From a virus: 64,000 bases of DNA. Every line of letters begins with the position of its first letter. Position 1 is the stretch's first letter. Position numbers and translations under genes: made by a program. The notes beneath the pieces are model-generated. The model made no database searches, was not told where the DNA came from, and saw only the letters and a program-made list of their open reading frames with translations. The stretch lies in UHGV virus genome UHGV-0253196, one strand, 5' to 3'. Below are positions 35,871 through 44,861 of the stretch, one piece after another.

Positions 35871-36452
35871 ATGAAGGTAGCAATATTTAATGGCAGTTCA
35901 AGACAGCATAGTAACAGTGAACTAATCTCAGGTGAATTAAGACGTATATTTGAGCGTCTAGGGTATGACACCGTAGTGCTCAATGCAAGTGACATGACAG
36001 GCTGTAGACCATGTAATCAATGTGGATTCTGTAGTTCAGTAGGTAGCTGTATATATGAAAGAGATACTCTGGGACAACACCATATTAAATGTATATGGGC
36101 TAGTGACATATGGGTGATTGTAACACCTGTGTATTGCTTTTCCATGTCCCCGCCGACCTTGACGTTACTGTCCCGGTTTTATTCTTATGGCCCAGAAGTG
36201 TTGCAAGATAAAGTTGTGTCTTCTGTGATAGTAAGTGGCAGTAGCGGTAGATATGGTGGAAAGAGCCTTGTAAATGAATCCTTTAAGCGATACTTTGAAT
36301 ATACAGGTGCTAACTATACAAACAAGCCCATAGGTATCACTACAAACGACACCGTGTTAGAAGACCTGCATACACTTACACCACGGTTAAGACTATTTTG
36401 TAAAGACTTGATAAGGAGAGCGAAAAATGCTGAAAATAGTACCAAGGACTAA
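35871..36452 (+). CDS. iron-sulfur flavoprotein (NADPH-dependent FMN reductase fold with a compact Cx2Cx2Cx2C..C motif)
   Basis: MKVAIFNGSSRQHSNSE flavodoxin-like start. CRPCNQCGFCSSVGSC cluster. Confidence 0.55.
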   Translation: MKVAIFNGSSRQHSNSELISGELRRIFERLGYDTVVLNASDMTGCRPCNQCGFCSSVGSCIYERDTLGQHHIKCIWASDIWVIVTPVYCFSMSPPTLTLLSRFYSYGPEVLQDKVVSSVIVSGSSGRYGGKSLVNESFKRYFEYTGANYTNKPIGITTNDTVLEDLHTLTPRLRLFCKDLIRRAKNAENSTKD

Positions 36453-38595
36453 AAAGAAACCCGTACCAAAGAAAAAGGTTCCACCAAAAAAGAAGACCAC
36501 CACGCCCGTAGAGATAGACGAGACCCCGGAAGTAGAGGAAGAACCAAAAAAGAACTATAGTTCTCTGCATGATGTAATGGACACTAACAGACCTTTTAAG
36601 TTAGTGTTTTCTGGCGTTGAGAATGAAAGCTACTATGACATACTTTTTGATTGCGGCGTGCGTAGCTTTCTAATGTCCTATCACTATATCCAGAGCAAGC
36701 ACATTAAAATGCGTGATAGGTTTGATGGGACGGGTGTTAAACTGTTTATTGATAGTGGCGCGCATACATACCAGAATGACCCTAAATATCTGGAACTTCC
36801 GTTAGAGTATTGGGAGAAGCACTTGCAGAAGTACCTTAACTGGGTTGAGCGGAATAGAAAGTATATATTTGCCATAGCAAGTTTTGACTTTGAGAACATT
36901 GTAGGTGCAGACACAGTAGATAGGTGGAACCGAGAATACTTAGAACCGTTCATGTTGCGCACAGGTATACCAGTGTGTTTCGTGTGGCACCAAAATTCAA
37001 AGTATGACTGGGAGTTCTATTGCAAGCGTTATCCCTATGTGGGATTTTCGTCTGTCAATACAGAAGGTGAAGCCATAGAACTATCAGAGTATAAACAAAG
37101 ACTGAAAGTGGCAGAGAAGAACGAAGCACTTGTACACGGGTTCGGTATGACGCGTACAGGTATGTTGACTGAACTTCCCTTCTACACCTCAGATAGTACG
37201 ACATGGCTTGTGGGTTTGCAGTATGGGGAAATGAACTACTGGAATGGCACCAAAATGAACCGCCTTAAGAAAGACAAGTGGAAATCACCTGCTGTACTAT
37301 CAGAGTTTGAGAGAAGGTATAACTCAGACCAAACACTGTTAGAGCAGGAAGACATAACCGAGGTGATAAAAGTCAATGTGTTTGCTTTCCTTGACGCAGA
37401 GGATTATATCGTCACCAAGCTACGTTCTCAAATGTACTGGTTAAAAGCAAAGACAACTAAACGGGACGTGAATAACTTACCGCCAGACTTCTTTCCAGAC
37501 CCTGACATGGTGATGGTGTGTTTAGACGAAGGTGATAAAAGTGTAGTGTCATATGCTCAGAAATTTAATATCAACCCGGAATATGCTGACGCTGACTTTT
37601 TAGTGTGTTGTGCTACATTGTTCCTTAACTGGGATAACTCAATATACAGTGACTGTAAGGACATACTCATTGAGGACGAAGCAGTGATTAAATCCCTCCA
37701 TGACACACTGATAAACAGGATAGTCCCAGGTGTTGATGAAATGGTCGAAGACCTAACGCAGTTATTCAAAGAGTGCATAAGCGGCGAGAATGACAAGCTA
37801 TTACAGATAGGCACCAACTTTGACCGCGCACAGAAAGAGCGTGAACACTATATAGAGGAAGAAGACGAGTATGAGGAAGTAGAAGTATCAGAAGGTGAGA
37901 TAAGGGCCGCTGTGTATAACAACATTCCTAAAGACCGTCTTCTTACCGCAGGTGAAGATTCCGCGCCAGAGATTACGGAACTTGACGCAGAAATATTTAA
38001 CGGCACAGGTATAACACCACGTTTTGATGATAGAGGTAAATTCCTTAAAGGTGTTAGACAAGTAAAGAAACCAAAGTCCGTGTACAGTAAGAAGTTCCCT
38101 AAACTGGCGTGTGCTACGTGTTTCGCGGCAAGTACGTGTCCAGAATACAAAGACGGCTATGTGTGTGCTTATAATAAGCTGTTCAGCAACTATGACACAC
38201 GTAACATGGGTGACATTGTAGAAGCTATGCAATCCATGGCAAGTGTGAACATGGGCCGCCTACAGAAAGCAATGCTGTTTGAGACACTAGGTGGTGCATT
38301 AGACCCACAGGTATCACAGCTTATTAATCAGAACGTCACTTTGCTGAACAACCTTAAGTCAATGTATGAGAACACCAACGCAATGGTGCTTAAACAGACC
38401 CGCAATATAAGACAGGACGGAAGTGTAGAAGAATCTGTGCAAGTAACCAATCCTCAGAGCATGGGTATTATGGAACAGTTACTATCAAAGATAATGCCTA
38501 GTAGTGATAAAGAAGACGAGGTTATAGTTGAATCAGAGGACGTAACACCCAAAAAGAAAAGCAGTGCATATGCAGACCTGGAAGAAGACGATTAA
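36427..38595 (+). CDS. dpdA: DpdA-like tRNA-guanine-transglycosylase-fold protein (putative DNA 7-deazaguanine transglycosylase) with a lysine-rich N-terminus and a roughly 400-aa C-terminal extension
   Basis: LFIDSGAHTYQ is compatible with the TGT DSGGFQ Asp motif. HGFGMTRTGMLTELPFYTSDSTTW fits GxGxT...DxFDC. It is co-located with folE, queDEC. A late Cys cluster CATCFAASTC...C is present. Confidence 0.5.
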   Translation: MLKIVPRTKKKPVPKKKVPPKKKTTTPVEIDETPEVEEEPKKNYSSLHDVMDTNRPFKLVFSGVENESYYDILFDCGVRSFLMSYHYIQSKHIKMRDRFDGTGVKLFIDSGAHTYQNDPKYLELPLEYWEKHLQKYLNWVERNRKYIFAIASFDFENIVGADTVDRWNREYLEPFMLRTGIPVCFVWHQNSKYDWEFYCKRYPYVGFSSVNTEGEAIELSEYKQRLKVAEKNEALVHGFGMTRTGMLTELPFYTSDSTTWLVGLQYGEMNYWNGTKMNRLKKDKWKSPAVLSEFERRYNSDQTLLEQEDITEVIKVNVFAFLDAEDYIVTKLRSQMYWLKAKTTKRDVNNLPPDFFPDPDMVMVCLDEGDKSVVSYAQKFNINPEYADADFLVCCATLFLNWDNSIYSDCKDILIEDEAVIKSLHDTLINRIVPGVDEMVEDLTQLFKECISGENDKLLQIGTNFDRAQKEREHYIEEEDEYEEVEVSEGEIRAAVYNNIPKDRLLTAGEDSAPEITELDAEIFNGTGITPRFDDRGKFLKGVRQVKKPKSVYSKKFPKLACATCFAASTCPEYKDGYVCAYNKLFSNYDTRNMGDIVEAMQSMASVNMGRLQKAMLFETLGGALDPQVSQLINQNVTLLNNLKSMYENTNAMVLKQTRNIRQDGSVEESVQVTNPQSMGIMEQLLSKIMPSSDKEDEVIVESEDVTPKKKSSAYADLEEDD

Positions 38596-38610
38596 ACCCG
38601 TCTTCTTTTC
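38584..38610 (+). terminator. rho-independent terminator (GAAGACG..CGTCTTC followed by TTTT)
   Basis: Read directly from the sequence. Confidence 0.6.
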
Positions 38611-38626
38611 CATTTTACAGGATTAC

Positions 38627-38654
38627 TTGACAGTTTCCTTATTAAAGCTATAAT
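38627..38654 (+). promoter_or_regulatory. sigma-A-type promoter TTGACA-16-TATAAT
   Basis: Read directly from the sequence. Confidence 0.6.
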
Positions 38655-38692
38655 AATGCCATTAAACACCCAATACGAAAGCGAGGAACACC

Positions 38693-39436
38693 ATGAAGAA
38701 ATCAACTCTATTTAAAATGACAAGGCCGCACCCAATTAAAGCATTTTTAGACCGCATAACCCGCAAGTTTATGGACTGGGTAAATAACCTGCTTTTAGCC
38801 ATGACTAAACACCCGCTCTTTGGGAAGTTCGTAAAACTGCATGAGAAAAGAACTGTACACCCCTTTAGAAATCTGTCTGATGGCATAATGCACTTAGGGA
38901 CTGTTAGTGATTCATATATGACCTGGACAGCCACAGGTATTCTTGAGTGTGTAGAAACCAGCATTAAATCACACATAACCATATTTGACCGGGGCCGTTT
39001 CTTTGAACATGAGCAGTGCTGGGTAGACAAGAACGTGCGTTGCAAGTTAGGTATAACAAGACTTACCGTGTTGTTGAACGGCGAAATTAAAGAGATAGAA
39101 GCGCGAGGTAAAAGACAATGGTTTAATATCTATAACACCCATACTACATTAGCACCATTTGACCTTCATGATGGCAATACTAAAGAGGTGCGAGAAGAAA
39201 GAGTGGTCGTTAATTTCAGTGAGGTGATGGGATATAACTTTAGAATACCCGTAACAATAGGTAGTATGTGTAACATGACCGAGGATGATATTATAGTCGA
39301 GACAATGATGTGTATTAGACATTTCGCAGAAAACAACTATGAGTTATACCGGGAAGTGTTTGATAAGTGTGTTATACCCAATGACTTAACATGGATAACA
39401 CCCATTCCAGAAATTAGGCCACTGAGAAAGGAATAA
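38693..39436 (+). CDS. hypothetical protein
   Basis: RBS AGCGAGGAACACC. Confidence 0.5.
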   Translation: MKKSTLFKMTRPHPIKAFLDRITRKFMDWVNNLLLAMTKHPLFGKFVKLHEKRTVHPFRNLSDGIMHLGTVSDSYMTWTATGILECVETSIKSHITIFDRGRFFEHEQCWVDKNVRCKLGITRLTVLLNGEIKEIEARGKRQWFNIYNTHTTLAPFDLHDGNTKEVREERVVVNFSEVMGYNFRIPVTIGSMCNMTEDDIIVETMMCIRHFAENNYELYREVFDKCVIPNDLTWITPIPEIRPLRKE

Positions 39437-39438
39437 CT

Positions 39439-39467
39439 TTGACAGCATTTACCATATGTGCTACACT
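39439..39467 (+). promoter_or_regulatory. sigma-A-type promoter TTGACA-17-TACACT
   Basis: Read directly from the sequence. Confidence 0.5.
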
Positions 39468-39514
39468 GTACCAGTATCACTATTAAACAACCACATACAA
39501 AAGGAGGAAAAGAA

Positions 39515-40195
39515 ATGGCAGTAATCAGAACAAGTACAGGTGAGAAGCCCAAGAGAGGAGAGCTGTACTACGTCTATCCGCAGATGGCGTGGGACAATGA
39601 TGATTCTGAGAAAGGGACAAGCAGAACTGATGTAAAGAGTGGGAGACCCGCTATCATTATTGGTAATGACGCTGGGAATGGTGCTTCTGATATGTGTGTT
39701 ATTGCGTGGCTTACACGTCAAGACAAAGCACCTTTACCAGAACACGTTACAGTACCTTCCGGCCCCGCCAAAGAATCAACTATGTTGCTGGAACACCCCA
39801 TCACCGTGTCTCAATCGCGTTTAGGTGAAAAGATTAGCACCTGTTCCACACCATTAATGAAGAAAGTTGATTCTGCATTGCTGGTATCTATAGGTATATG
39901 TGATACCTTACAAGACGCTGAATATCTGTTAAAATGTCGTGCTATGGTGTATGACTTGCAAGCGCAGGTAGATACATATAAGCACGAACTTAAAGAGAAA
40001 GACGCGGAAATTAAATCATTAAAAGATAAACTTGAAGTTAGTGACACCAATATAAGGGATTTAAGTAACAGGTTAGAGTGTGCAGAAAATCAGAACACCT
40101 ATAACCCAAGTGATTTAAAACTTGAATTGGTGTTAAATGAGCGGGATTATTTGAGGGACCTTGTTAAGCTGTCAATGACAGGAGGTATTATCTAA
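39515..40195 (+). CDS. MazF/PemK-like (CcdB/MazF fold) domain protein with a C-terminal coiled coil
   Basis: GELYYVYP, KSGRPAIIIGND, MCVIAWLTRQ, PEHVTVP and ESTMLLEHPITVSQSRLGEKI parallel the MazF/PemK motifs GDIVxVDF, RPAVVLS, VVVPLTS, HVxL and IDKxRL. Confidence 0.45.
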   Translation: MAVIRTSTGEKPKRGELYYVYPQMAWDNDDSEKGTSRTDVKSGRPAIIIGNDAGNGASDMCVIAWLTRQDKAPLPEHVTVPSGPAKESTMLLEHPITVSQSRLGEKISTCSTPLMKKVDSALLVSIGICDTLQDAEYLLKCRAMVYDLQAQVDTYKHELKEKDAEIKSLKDKLEVSDTNIRDLSNRLECAENQNTYNPSDLKLELVLNERDYLRDLVKLSMTGGII

Positions 40196-40256
40196 TGAGT
40201 GTGAGAAGGGACGTATATTTAAGTAGACACGTTATACAGTGAAAGGGGGCATACAT

Positions 40257-40562
40257 ATGACAAATAAACAGCGAGAGGATTATGCCCGTTATATTTCACG
40301 ATTGACAATACAAGAATTGGGCGAAGAATGGGACAGCGTAACAGAAGACATTTTAAGAAAGGCACACAAGAAGCGCAAGACCAATGATAAAATTGTAATT
40401 GAATACCCATGGGTAAAGAAGCAGGAAGAAACACCATCTAAAAAGGTGTTGAAAGTCAGAAAAAAGAAAAAACATAAACCTTCTTTGTGTGCGAAAAAGA
40501 AGGGAAAGAAGAAATGCAAAAGATTTATACCCCCCGTACCAGGGAGAAAGCGCAACAATTAA
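40257..40562 (+). CDS. hypothetical protein with a highly basic Lys-rich C-terminus
   Basis: RBS AAAGGGGG precedes ATG 40257. Confidence 0.45.
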   Translation: MTNKQREDYARYISRLTIQELGEEWDSVTEDILRKAHKKRKTNDKIVIEYPWVKKQEETPSKKVLKVRKKKKHKPSLCAKKKGKKKCKRFIPPVPGRKRNN

Positions 40563-40759
40563 TATCGTATTACATTTCAAAGTGGGAACAGTCTAATCAC
40601 CCGGTAGTCATTAAAGACGCAGACTTAGAAGACCTTGTAAAAGCTATTTACAGACGGGCCGCGAACACAAAGACTACAGAACGTGAAGCAGTATGGGACT
40701 ATTTGACAGAGTTCTACACAGATACACCAGAAGATGATGATTGGTTCATTGAAGATTAA
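40514..40759 (+). CDS. hypothetical acidic protein (overlaps the upstream gene in another frame)
   Basis: ATG 40514. The overlap makes this one uncertain. Confidence 0.35.
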   Translation: MQKIYTPRTREKAQQLISYYISKWEQSNHPVVIKDADLEDLVKAIYRRAANTKTTEREAVWDYLTEFYTDTPEDDDWFIED

Positions 40760-40897
40760 GTAGTTCATGTAGGATATGCACAGATGGAAGTTTGTGTGTA
40801 TCCTATTTTTGTGTTACAATACTTTGTAGAAACACCACACCGTTACATTAAGGGTCATTAGTGACCCACCATGAAATACATATAAGGAGGCCATATA

Positions 40898-41077
40898 ATG
40901 AGTAAGAAAGACGGAAACGCCCACGTAGTCCCTAACTGCACGATAACAAGGATGTTAAGTGCGAATGAGAGCAAAACACCTTTACCTACACTTGATAGTA
41001 AAGGAGTGTGCTCAGGTGTTATGAAAGGTAAAACACCATACGCGCTGTGTCAGCAGTGCCGAGTATTTAAGAAGTAA
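40898..41077 (+). CDS. small zinc-ribbon protein (59 aa), not in the track
   Basis: Strong RBS TAAGGAGG. Four Cys (NCT...C...CQQC). It is followed by a perfect 11-bp terminator hairpin. Confidence 0.45.
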   Translation: MSKKDGNAHVVPNCTITRMLSANESKTPLPTLDSKGVCSGVMKGKTPYALCQQCRVFKK

Positions 41078-41079
41078 GA

Positions 41080-41112
41080 AACAACGCCCTATATTGTACA
41101 GGGCGTTGTTTA
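41080..41112 (+). terminator. perfect 11-bp hairpin AACAACGCCCT..AGGGCGTTGTT
   Basis: Read directly from the sequence. Confidence 0.6.
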
Positions 41113-41132
41113 TCAAAGGAGGAAATAAATGT

Positions 41133-41660
41133 ATGCCAATGACATACGAACAAGAATGGTGTGCCGATAAAGAAACACTTAACAAAGTAGAGGCGTTAAG
41201 AATAACCTTTGATATTGAAGTAGGTAATAGTAATGTTAAAGGTGTGATGTGCACCAATGAACCAGAGTGTTTAGGTATACAGTCCAGTGTTACCTCTGAG
41301 TTCATAGAGAGATTAACACTAGGTATGATTTATTATGTAGCCGACAAATTAGACGCTAAAGGAGACATACACATAAACTGTGCTACTATGGGTGTTAAGC
41401 GTAACAACCACTCTAAATACCATCACTACAGCATTGAAGCGTGTTGGGATAATGTACTGTGCAAAAACACGCCGCCGTATAATAGGAGTGCAACCATAAA
41501 TGTAAAAGACAGCTATATCTATGAGGTAGAACCGCTACAGTTTAAAGAGACTGTGCGGGAGTATATTGCAGATAACCTTGTAACCATAACAGCAACAACA
41601 CAGGAGGATAATAATGACAGCAGACCAGATAATCCAGCAGTTGGAGTTAGTGAAACTTAA
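41133..41660 (+). CDS. hypothetical protein
   Basis: RBS AAGGAGG lies 10 nt upstream of ATG 41133. Confidence 0.5.
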   Translation: MPMTYEQEWCADKETLNKVEALRITFDIEVGNSNVKGVMCTNEPECLGIQSSVTSEFIERLTLGMIYYVADKLDAKGDIHINCATMGVKRNNHSKYHHYSIEACWDNVLCKNTPPYNRSATINVKDSYIYEVEPLQFKETVREYIADNLVTITATTQEDNNDSRPDNPAVGVSET

Positions 41661-42621
41661 GCACAAAGATAAGTGCGTAGGTGTAGGTGAATTAAGTATA
41701 TACCATATGTGTGACGATTGCGCGTAAGTTAAAAGAGACTACACAGTTTAAGCTGGAAAGTAGCGATAATACAGATATGACATTAGAATGTAAGAATGGT
41801 ATCTATACAGTGTATGATAAACATGGTGCCGTAGTAGCTGAGTTTTTAGCTTACCACTAACACCTCACAAATTTTAAAATCGAGCCGGGTTAAAAGTAAA
41901 AGACCTTACACAATAAAAAGGAGATAGAGAAGACTATCATAGACCTTTAAATGTGTAGGGTCTTTCTTTGTGCAAATAACCGCGCATTTAATGAATAACC
42001 CTATTAAAATTTAAAAATGGGCCGGGTAAAGATTAATTAGTGAACTAAAATGAATAAAGAGAGTATCTATATAAGCCATACAAGCTCATTTAACACATAT
42101 TCTCATGACCTCTTTGAGGTCTATCATACCATTACCGCGGACGGAAGTTCCGCAATTTTGGTGTTTTGAGACCATTTTTGAGGACATTTAAGGTGTGTTT
42201 GTCCGTACAGGAAAGACGTGTCTATTTTTCACCTATTCAATTTTCAAAAAAAGACCAAAAGTTTACATCTATTGTTATCTCACCCCGGGAATTTTCGACA
42301 CTTTTATCAAAAAATAACAGTAATACTAAACTTTACATAGGACTGGGTTATAAGTGTTTCTAACACCATGAGGAAACACCAAAGTGTGTTAGAATGGTGT
42401 TTTTGTACGCCAGAGAAAGACACAGGTGTAAACACCAAACCAACACCAAAACGAGGACACCTAACACAGTCATTGATTGGGTTGGTGTTGTCCTAACACT
42501 GTGTTGACACACTAAAAGACCAACACGAAAATACTAGACAAACACCAAAAAGGATGATACACTAAACACTATATAGTACCTTTACAACCACACATCTACT
42601 ATTGAAAGAGAGGGTCTAGTT

Positions 42622-42951
42622 ATGAAAATTAAATCACCCGGCACACTTTTACACACAAACACCGAAACACCTGTAAAACCTAGTGTTATAACACCAGATA
42701 ACACACCGCCAGACACTATTGAGTGGTGTCAATGTCGTTGTTACGAACGTGTTATGAGGTGTTGTGATTGTCACCAAAAGATAGACACTGCTTTTCATTA
42801 TAATCACTACTTGTCCAAACACAGTGACGACCAGGGTTATTGGTGGCGTTTCTTTTGTCCCGCGTGTTATGAAAAACACAAAGATGATACAGACCTAGAG
42901 ACACTGTATAGGACACACGAAAGTTGTTGTTTACCAGATGAATTTGAGTAA
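42622..42951 (+). CDS. Cys/His-rich zinc-binding protein
   Basis: CQCRCYERVMRCCDCHQK...CPACYEKH. RBS GAGAGGG. Confidence 0.45.
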   Translation: MKIKSPGTLLHTNTETPVKPSVITPDNTPPDTIEWCQCRCYERVMRCCDCHQKIDTAFHYNHYLSKHSDDQGYWWRFFCPACYEKHKDDTDLETLYRTHESCCLPDEFE

Positions 42952-43067
42952 TACCATTAAAGCGGCGCACATTTAATTTAGTGTGACCGCTTTTCTTATG
43001 CCCGCCAGACGCACTAGAACGTCCATAAAGACCGGGAACAGCAGTGTTTAACACAATGTACGTGGGT

Positions 43068-43096
43068 TTGCATAATGTGTGTATTTGTGCTATACT
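43068..43096 (+). promoter_or_regulatory. sigma-A-type promoter TTGCAT-17-TATACT
   Basis: Read directly from the sequence. Confidence 0.55.
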
Positions 43097-43136
43097 ATGT
43101 GTAGTTGATAGAGACGTAGAAAAGGAGAGCGATACA

Positions 43137-43832
43137 ATGAAAAAGACACTTAAACCTAGAGAGACCAGCACAGACTTTACAGACACATGGGTCATAATTA
43201 AAGGACAATATAGCAACCTAAAAGGTGTTGATTCCTTTGACCCAGAAGACCCAGATACACATGAGTGGTATCAAGCACTAGACAGAAACACCTATCACAC
43301 AGTGGCGTGTGGGTCTAACTTTGAAAATGTTATTCGTGGCCTAATGAATAATGTGAAGGGATTTAAGACACAAGAGGCGTACTATAAGTTCCTGGGTGAG
43401 ACCACCACTGAGGACTACTACCGTGTACACTTTTTAGGTATGCCACCATACAGTGTGAGAGAGAAAGAGGTGATGGCGAAGGAAGGTGTTTCGTGTGCTG
43501 TGTCAACACCCATGAAAGACCTGTACAAGCAGGTGGTGGACGCGTATGGTGATTACTACTACGAAGAAGTAGAAGACGCTGTGGCGAGGGCTTACCGTGA
43601 GTTATACGCAAGTACACGAAAGACCGCCAGGGGCAGTGTTAAGAAGACCAAACTGGTGGCAAAGAAAACACCCAAGCCTACACCAACACCACAGAGGAAC
43701 GGAGCGGCTAAGAAGACTGTGTTAAAGCCAAAGAAGGAGCCGGAGTATTTAATATTAGAAGAACCTGCAACACCAAAGGTAACACTTAAAAAGAATAAGA
43801 TTAAGTTGTCCTTGAAACACAGGAGGACATAA
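43137..43832 (+). CDS. hypothetical protein with a basic Lys/Pro/Thr tail
   Basis: RBS AAAAGGAGAG precedes ATG 43137. Confidence 0.5.
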   Translation: MKKTLKPRETSTDFTDTWVIIKGQYSNLKGVDSFDPEDPDTHEWYQALDRNTYHTVACGSNFENVIRGLMNNVKGFKTQEAYYKFLGETTTEDYYRVHFLGMPPYSVREKEVMAKEGVSCAVSTPMKDLYKQVVDAYGDYYYEEVEDAVARAYRELYASTRKTARGSVKKTKLVAKKTPKPTPTPQRNGAAKKTVLKPKKEPEYLILEEPATPKVTLKKNKIKLSLKHRRT

Positions 43833-43990
43833 CACCACAAGACCATCTTACTGTATAGGTAGGGTGGTCTTTCTTATTATATACGCGCACACGCGTATAC
43901 GCGTGTTTAGTGTGTTTTGTGCAATGTGTCCAGTGTTTGTGAGTGTGTTTGTGCACTTGTACTAAAAGCGATAAAACACCAAAAAACACA

Positions 43991-44019
43991 TTGACAAACA
44001 CCAAAATGGTCTATATACT
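43991..44019 (+). promoter_or_regulatory. sigma-A-type promoter TTGACA-17-TATACT, flanked by AACACCAAA motifs
   Basis: Read directly from the sequence. Confidence 0.6.
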
Positions 44020-44087
44020 TGACGTAGAAACACCAAACAACACAACACAAAGAGCGTGAGAAACGCTAGAAAGAGAGAGAGAAGACC

Positions 44088-44321
44088 ATGGCTGAATTTT
44101 GTGAGTACACAACACCTTTAACAGCTGATGAAATGACCGCACTCGCTGAGATTATCGCCTCCGTGAAAGCGCGTGTCGAAAAAGAAGTAAAAGAACTTTA
44201 TCCGCAGAACATGACAGACCCGGTTAAGTCAAAGTATTTTGTTCGTTCTTTTACCATTGATTCTATTCATCAGCAGACCATGACGCTGTACAAGTTTCTT
44301 GATAATAACAAATTGATTTAA
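44088..44321 (+). CDS. hypothetical protein
   Basis: Conserved leader GAAAGAGAGAGAGAAGACCATG. Confidence 0.45.
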   Translation: MAEFCEYTTPLTADEMTALAEIIASVKARVEKEVKELYPQNMTDPVKSKYFVRSFTIDSIHQQTMTLYKFLDNNKLI

Positions 44322-44382
44322 CACCAAAAGACCGGGCGGGTTGAAACACACCCGCTCAAACACCAGAAAAGGAGATTAGATT

Positions 44383-44859
44383 ATGCAAGACTTTGGAATG
44401 TTAGCACATTGTGTTAGAAACAACAAGACCAGTGACAAGACCGCAAGCGGTTCCGTTATGAACACCACCATGTATGCGAAGGTAGGTAAAGAGAAACGTT
44501 CCGTGTGCGAAGTGAACCAGTTTTCAAGTGGCAATGAGCATGTGTCACAGTTCTCATTTAGTGACCGGGCAGGTATTAGTTCCGCACTCACTGTCATTGT
44601 GAATGATGAAACAGGTATCACCACCTGTAAACACCCTCATGTTGTGTGTGAGGACAGATGGGTGTTAAAGAACCTCGACATATTCCAGAAGGTGTATCTA
44701 GTGACAGACCCCGCAGATGTACCCAAGTGGTTTAATGATATGTTCCTTGAAATTATGGACAGATTACTGTATGATTGTGAGTGTGACGATTTACCGGAAA
44801 TTCTTGTGAACGTCCGTGACTATATCAGTGGGTTATCAAGACCCGTAGGAAAGGAGTAG
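44383..44859 (+). CDS. hypothetical protein
   Basis: RBS AAAAGGAGAT. Confidence 0.5.
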   Translation: MQDFGMLAHCVRNNKTSDKTASGSVMNTTMYAKVGKEKRSVCEVNQFSSGNEHVSQFSFSDRAGISSALTVIVNDETGITTCKHPHVVCEDRWVLKNLDIFQKVYLVTDPADVPKWFNDMFLEIMDRLLYDCECDDLPEILVNVRDYISGLSRPVGKE

Positions 44860-44861
44860 TT

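Noticed and set aside
42166-42363. 65-aa ORF in the ORF-poor region
   Set aside because: No RBS, a low-complexity product, and a position inside a region full of regulatory-looking repeats and hairpins.
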